Below, piece after piece: positions 14,101 through 26,400 of a DNA stretch of 64,000 bases; position 1 is the first letter of the stretch; every line of letters begins with the position of its first letter. The stretch is from Mytilus edulis. Lineage: Eukaryota. The position numbers and the translations under genes were made by a program. Where the stretch lies: positions 39,184,001 to 39,248,000 of the forward strand of contig NC_092351.1 of the NCBI RefSeq assembly GCF_963676685.1, read 5' to 3'. The notes below the pieces were generated by a model. The model worked only from the letters and a program-made list of their open reading frames with translations, was not told the DNA's origin and searched no databases.

Positions 14101-16456
14101 CGGGCGGGCGGGAATCAAATGTTGTCCGTGCATTAACTCATGAATCGTTCAACCAAAGCTTTTAAAATTTTAATATGTTGTTATTGACAACTAAATGAAG
14201 GTCAAGTTCAATAATGGCGATTTTGACTTTTACCGTTTAGGAGTTATGGTTCTTGAAAGATTGAAAAATGGAGTTTCCAGTCGTGTCCCTGCATTTACGC
14301 ATGAACTGTTCTAACTAAGCTTTCCAAATTTTAATATGTTGTTACTGATGACAAAATGGAGATCAAGTCCAATAATGGCGATTTTGACTTTTACCGTTCA
14401 GGAGTTATGGTTCTTGAAAGATTGAAAAATGGAGTTTCCAGTCGTGTCCGTGCATTTACGCATGAACTGTTCTACCTAAGCTTCCCAAATTTTAATATGT
14501 TGTTACTGATGACAAAATGGAGGTCAAGTTTAATAATGACGATTTTGACTTTTACCGTTCAGGAGTTATGGTTCTTGAAAGATTGAAAAATGGTGTTTCC
14601 AGTCGTGTTCGTGCATTTACGCATGAACTGTTTTACCAAAGCTTCCCAAATTTTAATATGTTGTTACTGATGACAAAATAGAGGTCAAGTTCAATAATGA
14701 CGATTTTGACTTTTACCGTTCAGGAGTTATGGTTCTTGAAAGATTGAAAAATGGTGTTTCCAGTCGTGTCCGTGCATTTTCTCATGAACCATTCAACCAA
14801 AGCTTTTGAAATTTTTATATGTTGTTACTGATGGCAAATTAGAGGTCAAGTTCAATAATGACGATTTTGACTTTTACCGTTCAGGAGTTATGGTTCTTGA
14901 AAGATTGTGAAATGGCGTTTCCATTCACGTTAATGCATTTACTCATGAACCATTCAATCTAAGCTTTTCAAATTTTAAGATGTTGATACTGATGACAAAA
15001 TGGAGGTCAAATTTGATATTGACGATTTTCACTTTCACCATTCATCAGTAATGGTTCTTGTGATATTGCCAGGACACAAATAAATATTAATAAATCCGGT
15101 TTGCTGTCGTTGTGACAGCCTCTTGTTAAACATTCAGCCATTGTGGATACATTATTATTCGTTGGATATCAATTTTTATGGGTTTCATGGCTACCAGTGA
15201 ACCATGAATTCAAATGTTCCAAGGAATTACACATTTTCTACAGGCTTTGTACACAGAAAACGACAAAACCATCAAATAAAATATCCACAAAAATGCAAGT
15301 TTCCCTTAATCCATGGAAATTGATAACCACGATAATAATAAACTCATCATAGATACAAGGACTAAATTTAATATATACGCCAGACGCGCGTTTCATATAC
15401 AAAAGACTCATCAGTATCCACACCCGTGACAGTATTTTATGGCTCAAGATGTAAAGTGAAAAAAATTGTGATGGAAGAAAGACAGTATATTCTGAAAAAT
15501 ATATTTTACACCAAATCATTTAACAACTGTTTTGACAAACTTTAATAAACATCTTTATTGGTAATAACTGACAAGAAAATACTTTTTGATTCTAGGCTAA
15601 CAAGATTCCTGCTGACAGTAATGTAGGAAGATTTCTCATGGATTTAATGGACAGTGTACCACAGATAGACAAAGATGAATTTGATACAATGTTAAATGCT
15701 AGCATGAAGGTAAATACACATTTGGTATCAAAAAGTGCTGCTTGTTAGGATTTTCAAAAATGCAACAGACAGTGTCTAAATATGATATGCTTTTCAATAG
15801 ATATATGTAAAATACATAATTATTAGAAGGGGGGATAATTATACTGGCATGATTAGATTAAAAAAAGTAAATTTTTTGGTAGACTAAGAATTTTCTTGAT
15901 TTATCATGGTAAAGGGTGGAACTACTCTATGGAATATGTAACAGTTTGGTAGAATTAACAAGAATCTGAACTTGCATTGCTATGAGTGTATTTGAGTTAT
16001 ACTTAATTAAAAATAGGGTACACTTTTAATTATGATTATTCAGGCTTTCTTTCTTATTGATAGCAACAACCCATCAGATTAAAAAAGAGGTGACTGCTGA
16101 TCTTTGTTCAATTCTGGAATAACTCTTATATTATTTCAGAATCAATTCTTTGCAGGGTTTGAATTTAACAGGGGCCCACTCGCCAATGGCCCCTAAAAAA
16201 CTATATTTATTGGGTACAAAATATAAGATGTGAGCTACAATGCCAACTTCAATCCCTGCTTTGTTATTTGTTTGTTTTCTTTTATGTATGGCAATTTGTT
16301 TCGAAGTACAGAATAGAATAGTAATGACAATAATGACTGAATTTCTGTGACAATAAAAATTTGCCTTTATTTTTGTAGGATTTATTGATGGTAGTTTATC
16401 TAGCTAACCTGACCAAGGCACAATTAGCACTGAACGAGAAACTGCACAAACTGTAG
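8115..16456 (+). CDS. EIF3F: Eukaryotic translation initiation factor 3 subunit F (272 aa); exons 8115-8223, 10469-10539, 10935-11014, 12470-12607, 12990-13081, 13621-13757, 15596-15709, 16379-16456
   Basis: Exons total 819 nt in frame with GT-AG sites. MPN/Mov34 motifs: [119 protein letters not shown] at 16539. Confidence 0.97.
8828..9790. mobile_element. Non-autonomous DNA transposon with inverted arrays of ~17-bp subterminal repeats (EIF3F intron 1)
   Basis: AGTCAAATCGGCA(C/T)CT occurs 3 times at 8835-8890; the inverted AGGTGCCGATTT(G/A)AC occurs about 6 times at 9682-9783. Confidence 0.7.
11162..12201. mobile_element. TIR DNA transposon derivative (CAGTGAT...ATCACTG)
   Basis: TIR CAGTGATCTGGAAG vs CTTCCCAATCACTG (12/14 match), flanked on both sides by CTTAAT, and interrupting a short tandem repeat. 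Confidence 0.7.
14049..15127 (+). mobile_element. Helentron/HINE-like element with 161-bp internal tandem array
   Basis: Sub-terminal inverted CCGGATTT/AAATCCGG, (GGCG)n microsatellite, about 5.5 x 161-bp units and a 3' hairpin GCTGTC-GTTGT-GACAGC. Same family at 31480-31700 (inverted) and directly upstream of HMGB copies 3-5. Confidence 0.8.
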
Positions 16457-16645
16457 ACTTAAAAAAAACACTCCTGTGAATAGGCTGGCTGGCTATTTAT
16501 TGTGACATTATGGAACACAAACCATTAGTCTGTACTATAATAAATTATAAAGCTGTCTGTTTGTGTTATATACTTGTAAACTAGATACTGGGATTGGTAA
16601 AGAATACAAATTATATGAATTGAAATGGTATCCATCAGCATAATA

Positions 16646-16841
16646 CCGTATAGGGGGTTATTTATGGGGGTGTAAAATTTAGCGATTTTCATTATATAAG
16701 GAAATATTTTGGCGGCTCCAAAACTTTTATCAATACCTTTGCATGTGCTGTCTTAAGTTGGCGGAATTTGTTTTGGTGATTTTGTTCTTGTCGTGAAAAT
16801 AAGCCAAAATTTACACCCTGCATAAATAACCCTCTATACTG
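16646..16841. mobile_element. MITE, Tc1/mariner-like (TA-flanked)
   Basis: Imperfect TIRs CCGTATAGGGGGTTATTTATGGGGGTGTAAAATTT / AAATTTTACACCCTGCATAAATAACCCTCTATACTG, with TA on both sides. Confidence 0.75.
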
Positions 16842-18125
16842 TACAGCCTTGTGGTCATAAAGTTATAATAATCATGGTACTCAGATTCTACTGGATTTGG
16901 TGTTCAGCTTATTGAGTACAATTTCATTAACACCCTTAAATAGTTATCATAGTTTGTTACCCTAGTCTATCTTAAAGCATCAGTTTAATACACATCACAA
17001 AGTTCAGACAAGTTGGTCAATGAATCTAATCGATATAGCCACATATCTGAAACTAACAACTTACTCTGTATTAAAAACCATCACAAGATTGCAGGAACCA
17101 CTGGAAAATTAAAGACTATACAGGCATAATAAGAACACTAAGTTGAAGGTCAAGTGAGATTTTGCAATCAGTTTCCTTTTCCAGAACTTGACAGAATGAA
17201 ACTAAACTTGACATGGACTTTCCTTACAAGTTCCTTTCCAAGTTTTCATACTTTTAATAGTTTGATATCTAAAATCAAGTCTGTCACAACCATTTCATAA
17301 AAAAAACCCAAAAAAAACATGCTGCATTGCAGATTAACCAATTAAAAGCCCAACAGAAAACACTTATTTCTGTCAATATAATACTTGTTTACCTGACAAT
17401 CCATGCAACAAATAAAGTTAACCTTTTTGCAATACTATAGTATCTGATAAACTGACAAAACCATGTTGAGGTTACATTGACCAATCAACCATGACTAAGA
17501 GGTCGAAAGAAACCTGTCAGTCAGTTAGACATGTACACCTTGCAATCACTGCACACACCATCAAGAGAGGCCCATTGTTATTGTATCTTGAAAAAGCCAG
17601 ATCTCTATATTAACTAAATATTTTCCAATGAACCATGAAAACAAGATCCAGGTTCTATGAACCCTGTTATTCATGTTAACCAGACATTCAATACATACAC
17701 CAGAAACAAGTTGACCTCTTGTTATAGTATCTGTAAACATTTACTAATGAACCTTGGAAATGATCTACAGAAATATGAGGCATTATACAAATAGTTTACA
17801 CCACCGACTCTAGATCGATCTCAATTTTTTTTTTAATGGAACATATTTGCAAGATTTTTAGGGAAATTTTATGCTCAAAATGAGAGATATAGTTAAGATT
17901 GTGCAGGCTGTTCTACTGGCATCTTAACCTTTGTAAGCATTAACCTGACATTTTGTGTGCACATTTAAAATTTAAGTTCACACTTTTGTAACCATAAAAA
18001 AATCTGAAATTTGATGTCAAATATCCAACAAGGTACATGTAATTAGAAGTAAGACAAATCTAGCTATGGATATACGAAGATGTGGTAAGAGACAACTCTC
18101 CATCCAAGTCACAATTTTTAAAAGA

Positions 18126-19210
18126 ACAAGAGTGCACACACTGAAATGTCTCGCCTTCTATACTAATCATTGATATTATGTTGATAGTCCTAACTATAAA
18201 GCTAAGCTTTATTACAACTGTCACATAAACTTAACATTAACCAAGATAACTGAACAAAGACCAATGAACCTTGAAAATGAGGTCAAGGTCAGATGAACCA
18301 TGCCAGGCAGACATGTACAACTAACAATGCTTCTATACAACATATATAGTTGACCCATTACTTATAGTTTAAGAAAAATAGCCCAAAACACAAAAACTTA
18401 ACACTGCAATGAACTGTGAAAATGAGGTCAAGGTCAAATAAAACCTGGGCGACTGACATAAAGATCATAAAATATTTCCATACACCAAATATAGTTGACC
18501 TATGGCATATAGTATTAGATAAAAAGACCAAAACTCAAAAACTTAACTTTGACCACTGAACCATGAAAATGAGGTCAAGGTCACATGACATCTGCCCGCT
18601 AGACATGTACACCTTACAATCATTCCATACAACAAATATAGTAGACCTATTGCATATAGTATGAGAAAAACAGACCAAAACACAAAAATTTAACCATAAC
18701 CACTGAACCATGAAAATGAGGTCAAGGTCAGATGACACCTGCCAGTTGGACATGTACACCTTGCAGTCCTTCCATACACTGAATATACTAGCCCTATTGC
18801 TTATAGTATCTGAGATATGGACTTGACCACCAAAACTTAACCTTGTTCACTGATCCATGAAATGAGGTCGAGGTCAAGTGAAAACTGTCTGACAGACATA
18901 AGGACCTTGCAAGGTACGCACACACCAAATATAGTTATCCTATTACTTATAATAAGAGAGAATTCAACATTACAAAAAATTTGAACTTTTTTCCAAGTGG
19001 TCACTGAACCATAAAAATGAGGTCAAGGACATTGGACATGTGACTGACAGAAACTTCGTAACATGAAGCATCTATATACAAAGTATGAAGCATCCAGGTC
19101 TTCCACCTTCTAAAATATAAAGCTTTTAAGAAGTTAGCTAACACCGCCGCCGCCGGATCACTATCCCTATGTCTAGCTTTCTGCAACAAAAGTTGCAGGC
19201 TCGACAAAAA
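18126..19210. mobile_element. Helentron/HINE-like element with ~150-bp internal repeats
   Basis: Repeated AACCATGAAAATGAGGTCAAGGTC units, a (CCG)n tract and a terminal hairpin CTGCAAC-AAAA-GTTGCAG. Degenerate relatives at 17100-17770. Confidence 0.7.
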
Positions 19211-20486
19211 CCATGATAGGACAAAAACAGTGCCTTGGCTCAAACCAAACAGCAAGCTATATAGGGCCCCAAAAATGGCTACCAGAATTGTAAAATCATG
19301 TAGATTGGAAAACTAACAGTCTAATCTATATAAGAAACAAGAAACCTGATCCCCATCAACAAACAACAACTACTGAACATCAGGTTCCCGACTTAGGACA
19401 GGTGGAAACAAATGCCGTGGGTTTATACGTTTTAATAGGTACCAACCTTCATCCTTACCAAAATATCAATTGAAATGGCTTAACTCAATCAAGTAAGTCT
19501 TTTTTTCACTCTTGCATCAAGATCTTTTAGCATTACATTTAAGGAGACTCGAGGGTATAAAAATTTCAGAAAAAAAATAGACATTTTTTTTTTCATTACA
19601 AATTTTATTAATTACTTTATTAGTTGTTACTTTATCATACGGTACAAAAATCATTCCAAAAAAAATATCATTTTGGCCCTAGATGACTTTTTCTATTTAT
19701 TCAATGGGAAAATAGAACATACAAAAGTTTAAGTAACTTGACCAATAGGATACATGTATAACTCTGGCGAGAACTTGCATTAAGTTGTCAATAATAATAT
19801 TTGTTAAGTAAACAATAAGATTCTTATGCATCATGATCGTCCCCTTATTTTATTACTATCCTCATATTATTGTTCTATGAATTTGAAATACAGCACTGTA
19901 TTACTAAAAGTACTTATGTACCAAATTCTACTAATAAAAAATACTGAAATTTTCATGTATATAATGTATTTGGAAATCATAACATGCATCTGCCATGATC
20001 ACAAATGTATTCCTAAAAGTAAGCCTAAATGGATGTGAAAAGTTGGTATTATAATTATATTATTGATCCAATGAAGATATATTATTAGCAATAAGCAGCT
20101 CTGAACATGTTGAAAACCTTTTTTAGTATGTCTTTGTACTAAATAGATATAACAAGCATCCTCTGATATTATAAAGCTTTTTATTCCTTAATATACAATG
20201 TAGCTAAATGCAAATGATAGACTTCAGTAGAGTTAACTTTACAATATATATATAGAATGTATATATATTGGTATACAAATGCTCGTGTGGGTAGATTTTC
20301 AAATGATCATTAGCGACAAAAATGTAAATTATTTAATATATCCTCAGATTTAGTAGTAAACAAGTAAAACAAGGACAGAAAATTTAAATTTGAAATGTAA
20401 ACAAAAATGATAATATGATTTAGCTTTAATTCAGTCAAACTGAAGATTACAAAAACATTGAATGAAAATCTAGAGATATATATTCA

Positions 20487-23400
20487 TTAGTGAACAGTTT
20501 CTAAATGTTTCTGATCAAATCTGCTTTTGTAATTCTTTGCCATGTAAATGAAGTACGTCAGCGCTTCTTTTTCTATGACTGGAATACCTTTGAAATGCCT
20601 GGCTACTATCTGTGAAAAAGAAAAAGAAGTATATTAAACAAAATTGTAATATCAATTTCATTAAGACAGATAATAATAATGGTTATGTCTCACTTGTTTA
20701 ACCTGTTCACAAATTTTTAATGTTAACGCAAGAACAAGCACACCTTAGTTTAGCTTCTATGACTCTCGTCGTAGTTGAGACAATAATCCAATTTAAAATT
20801 CCCCAACTAATGCACAAGCTTAAAAAAAATTCTGGTTCTTTAAATTTCTGAAATTTATTCTTATGATTGAATGAAAATGATCTTAAGGTTTATGTACCCT
20901 TCTGTAGCCATTTTTGTACGAATTTTTCAAACCTCAATTGTATCAAAACTAAAGATATAATAAATAATAGCGATAGGCCATTTAGTACATGTTCCAAGGG
21001 GAAACTTGATGCAAAGCATTATTTTTTTACTGTTTCATTGCATTTGATAGAAAAAGAGGACTTTGTGGCAAATAAATCAAGATTTTTATAGAAAATCCAC
21101 AGCCTTTAATACAGAGATTATTGTTATAAAATTTGAAACATAAATTACTCACTTGATTTTCTATGATGTGCTAGTGTTTATTTTTTACAAAAAGTTCTGA
21201 GTAACCTGTAAATTCCAAAACACCTCGTGCTGAGTCACTAAAGTCGAGCGCACCCTAAAAGGTGTACTTGATTTTGGCCATATTTATACTTGTCTTAACC
21301 AATAACTACATTTATAAACTTGTTTTAAGGAAATCAATGCTAGCACTGCATGCAATAATCCTATATCTATCAGTCATCAAATTGCCAAATATGAGAGTAC
21401 AAGGATAAAGGCTGTGGATTTTCTATAAAAATCTTGATTTATTTGCCACAAAGTCATCTTTTCTATTAAATGCAATGGAACAGTAAAAAATAATGCTTTG
21501 CATCAAGTATCCCCTTGGAATATGTACAAAATGGCCTATCTCTATTATTCATAATATCTGTAGTTTTGATACAATTGAAGTTTGAAAAGTTCGTACAAAA
21601 ATGGCTACAGAAGGGTACATAAACCTTAATATGTGTTTTATTATTTGCTTGTATATATGTTTAATTTGATAGATAGAAAAACTTGAGATCGATTTGTCTG
21701 TTATGCCATTTATCAATCAAAGAATATAAACAAGAGGATAATGATGTTCTTATCACAGAAGGCCCTGTCCATCTATCAACTTAGCTTATACTCACCAAAG
21801 GCAAAATCTTGACTAATACACCAATTTATTGTTAACTTTAAAAGAAGTTTATAGAACAAAAACAATTTTTGGTATTAATGCACAAGGGGAACTAATTTAA
21901 ACTTTGTTATTGACCTTGACTTTAAACCTTGTTCGAAAAAACCCTTCCAGAAGTGATGGCTAATCATTGTAAGTCTCATTTCCCAACTCCAAGGGATTTT
22001 AAAGTTAGTGGGTAGAAAAAGATCAATCTAATCAAAATTAAATCCTTGAACTGCTCCCATTCTGATATGTTGCGCATTAAGGATCTATATCAAAATATGT
22101 TTGAATGCAAAAACTAGAGGCTCTAAAGAGCCTGTGTCACTCACCTTGGTCTATGTGAATATTAAACAATGGACACAGATGGATTCATGACAAAATTGTG
22201 TTTTGGTGATGGTGATATGTTTGTAGATCTTACTTTACTAAACATTCTTGCTGCTTTAAATTATCTGTATCTATAACAGTAGTCTCTTTGGAAAATATTA
22301 TTGAAAATCTACAAATTTTATGAAAATTGTTAAAAATTGACTATGAAGGGCAATAACTCCTTAGGGGGTCAATTGACTTTTTTGGTCATGTTGACTTATT
22401 TTTAGTTCTTACTTTGCTGTACATTATTGCTGTTTACAGTTTATCTCTATCTATAATAATATTCAAGATAATAACAAAAAAACAGCAAAAGTTCCTCAAA
22501 ATTACCAATTCAGGGGCAGCAACCTAACAACCGATTATCCGATTCATCTGAAAATTTCAGGGCAGATAGATTGTGACCTGATCAACAATTTTACTTCCTG
22601 TCAGATTTGCTCTTAATGCTTTGGTTTTTGAGTTCTAAGCCAAAAACTGCATTTTACCCCCATGTTCTATTTTTAGCCATGGCGGCCATCTTGGTTTGTT
22701 GGCCGAGTTACTGGACACATTTTTTAAACTAGATACCCCAATGATGATTATGGCCAAGTTTGGTTTAATTTGGCCCAGTAGTTTCAGAGGAGAAGATTTT
22801 TCTAAAAGATTACTAAGATTTAAGAAAAATGGTTAAAAATTGACTATAAAGGGCAATAACTCCTAAAGTGGTCAACTGACCATTTTGGTCATGTTGACTT
22901 ATTTGTAGATCTTACTTTGCTGAACATTATTGCTGTTTACAGTTTATCTCTATCTATAATAATATTCAAGATAAAAACCAAAAATACGGCAAAATTTCCT
23001 TAAAATTACCAATTCAGGGGCAGCAACCTAACAACGTAATGACCGATTCATCTGAAAATTTCAGGTCAGATAGATCTTGACCTGATGAACAATTTTAGAA
23101 GATTTTTGTAAAAGTTAACGCCGGACGCAGGACGACGACGATGAACGACGACGACGGACAACGGACACCTTTGGGCCAGGTGAGCTAAAAATGAACAATT
23201 CTTAACAAAACTACTTAAAGATTAAGATAAAATCTGATATCTGATATTTTTCCCTTACTATAACTAAAAATAAACTTACATCTGATAACTGTGCCTTGTT
23301 CATACCAGGTCTTGTTGGCAATTTAAAATGTCTTTTATATCTTCTTAACGTGTTCACAGGCATTTGGAAGAAGTCAATCTACAATGGATCAGAACAGAGT

Positions 23401-26400
23401 TATCTCCCATACCTGACACATCATGTTAGTACAATAATGTGGATTCATTAATATTCTTTCGATACCAATTTTGGTTGATTTCGTTGGTCCAGAGGAACCA
23501 CAAATTTAAATCTTCAATGAACATCAATTTTCTAAAGGAATGCATGCAAACTTTGCCCAAACATCGAAATAAAATATCCATGAAAATAAGTTTTCCTCAG
23601 CCACAAACATTGGTACATACGAAAATAAATGAATCCACAGTATTCTACAATTATGCATTGCCTTTCTCTGAATTTTACATGTCTGTTTTTATCCTTGATA
23701 TTGTAAGATGAAGAATAAACTTTAATTTCTAATCATTTAACACTTATAAATTGAACATCATAAGAATGCTTTGGTTCTGGATAAATTTATTTTTTATATA
23801 AAAGTACAGCTCCAGGAATATAATTTATGCAATTAGTGTAGATTCATTTATTTTTGTGGAAATCAATTTTTGTGGATATTTGATTTCTAAGTTTTGACGA
23901 AATCTGAATATAAGACTATCACTGACTAGGAAATTTGTTATTCATTCAACATTTCATTTTTTGGTTCACCAGTATAAACAAAATGCACATAAATTGGTAT
24001 CCCACAATATTAACGAAACTTGACAGCAAAATAGCATCAGTGTCCTGATAATGTAAAAACAATATGAAATCACAACTTAAGGATGTTTGCTTGTCATGTT
24101 TTGGATTTTTTTGTCAGATTTTCGAAATCCTCTAGTTTTGCATGTATAATTAAGCTATTTGTAAAAGCTTTACAAAATTTTATTTATTCTTTAATAGTTT
24201 TTGAGACCTTTAACTGGTCAATGATAAAGCTATGAAAATTCAAGAGAGAACATTTTCCCGCCAAAATTCCAATAGCTAATATCTCGAAAACAAGCACATT
24301 GACCCCTATATTTTTTTTGCTTTTTTGATTCCTCAATTAATCCCCTATCAATATATACGTGTCTCGTGGAAAGTTATTTATTTTTAAACTGAGCAGCGAA
24401 CTTCCTTTAGAGAAAACGCTAAACAATCAACAGTATTAGATTTTATTTTTTTTAGTAAAGATATAAATATTTTCTTAATTTTTCAATTCTTCTACATTAT
24501 GGACCAACATTTAGTTTCAGAGATCGGAGCTGAAAACTAAAGGAGTAAATCACACAAATAAGACACCCCCTTTTCCCTGCCTGCTCTTCATCCTTTTACT
24601 ATAAGTTCATTTGGTAAAAAAACAGCCAAAATTTGCTTTGGATTGAGAAATAGATTTGTTCATTTGAAAATTGATACTTTTTTTTAATTCAGAGTGGGTA
24701 ACAAGACAGATTGAATAAGAATGGATTAATATTACAGTTAAAACATATTTTCCCTATTTCAATTAGTGTTGGGATCACTGCAGAATGACTTTTACAACAT
24801 GTTTATATACCTCTGGAATATCCTCATCCCCATCTGGAGAACCATTATCGTCTTCTGAATCTTTCCTCTTCCGTTTAGTTCTCACACTCTGTATAACATT
24901 CTTATGGTAATCACAGATATAGATATGGGAAACCTGTGGAGAGAAACATTGATGAAAAACTCATCCATGATAATTTGGTACACCAGATGATTTCATCTAC
25001 ATAGGACTTATCAGTGGCACAGAAATCAAAACAGTTGCAAAGCCAAAGATTATAAAATTCCATGTCAGGTTTACAGAAGTGTTATATGCACATTCATATA
25101 TGCATTCTAGATAAGTAAATATATTCCAAATTCCAAACAGACATGACAGATGCAGTAGTTGTAATTATATGGATAGCAAAGAAGTTGTATGTTACAAAGC
25201 ATTTTCTATTGCATGTCTGTCTGTAATCCTTTTCCAACAGCAAAACTTTAGTTGGGAGTGTATTTGTGCCCAATCTTTTACAATTGCCAATGTCAGAATT
25301 GCAGGTTTGATATAGTTTTATTACATATGACTATGACCATCGAATTGATCTATGTCATTCAACTAGCAAATCAATCATGCCATGTTCAAATTCTTATCTA
25401 TCTTTTCATAAATTGAATGAAGGGTCAAATGCTTCTATGATTTTCATGTAGTGTAGGTTTTCTGTATTATCTTCATATTTATAAGGTATATTTCCTTTGT
25501 ACATGTTGTATATTGTACATAACCATTGTATACTGTATATTACTTTTGTATATTGTAGATTACCTTTGTATATTGTATATTATCTTTGCATATTGTACAC
25601 TACCTTTGTATATTGTATATTACATTTGTATATTATATATTACATTTGTATATTGTATACTACATTTGTATATTGTATATTACATTTGTATATTATATAT
25701 TATCTTTGTATATTGTATATTATCTTTGTACATTGTATATTACCTTTGTATATTATATATTATATTTGTATATTGTACACTACTTTTGTATATTGTATAT
25801 TACCTTTGTATATTGTATACTACCTTTGTATGTTATATATTATATTTGTATATTGTACACTACTTTTGTATATTGTATATTACCTTTGTATATTGTATAT
25901 TATATTTGTATATTGTACACTACCTTTGTATATTGTACACTACCTTTGTATATTGTAGATTACCTTTGTATATTGTAGATTATCTTTGTATATTGTAGAT
26001 TATCTTTGTATATTGTACACTACCTTTGTATATTGTACACTACCTTTGTATATTGTATATTGTACACTACCTTTGTATATTGTAAACTACCTTTGTATAT
26101 TGTAGATTACCTTTGTATATTGTAGATTATCTTTGTATATTGTACACTACCTTTGTATATTGTATATTGTACACTACCTTTGTATATTGTATATTGTACA
26201 CTACCTTTGTATATTGTATATTGTACAATACCTTTGTATATTGTATATTGTACACTTCCTTTGTATATTGTATATTGTACACTACCTTTGTATATTGTAC
26301 ACTACCTTTGTATATTGTATATTGTACACTACCTTTGTATATTGTATATTGTACACTACCTTTGTATATTGTATATTGTACACTACCTTTGTATATTGTA

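Noticed and set aside
14356-14586. Recurrent [27 protein letters not shown] (also 46678, 53324-53942, 59527-59984)
   Set aside because: It derives from the 161-bp non-coding repeat unit of a HINE-like element, and the frame shifts between units.
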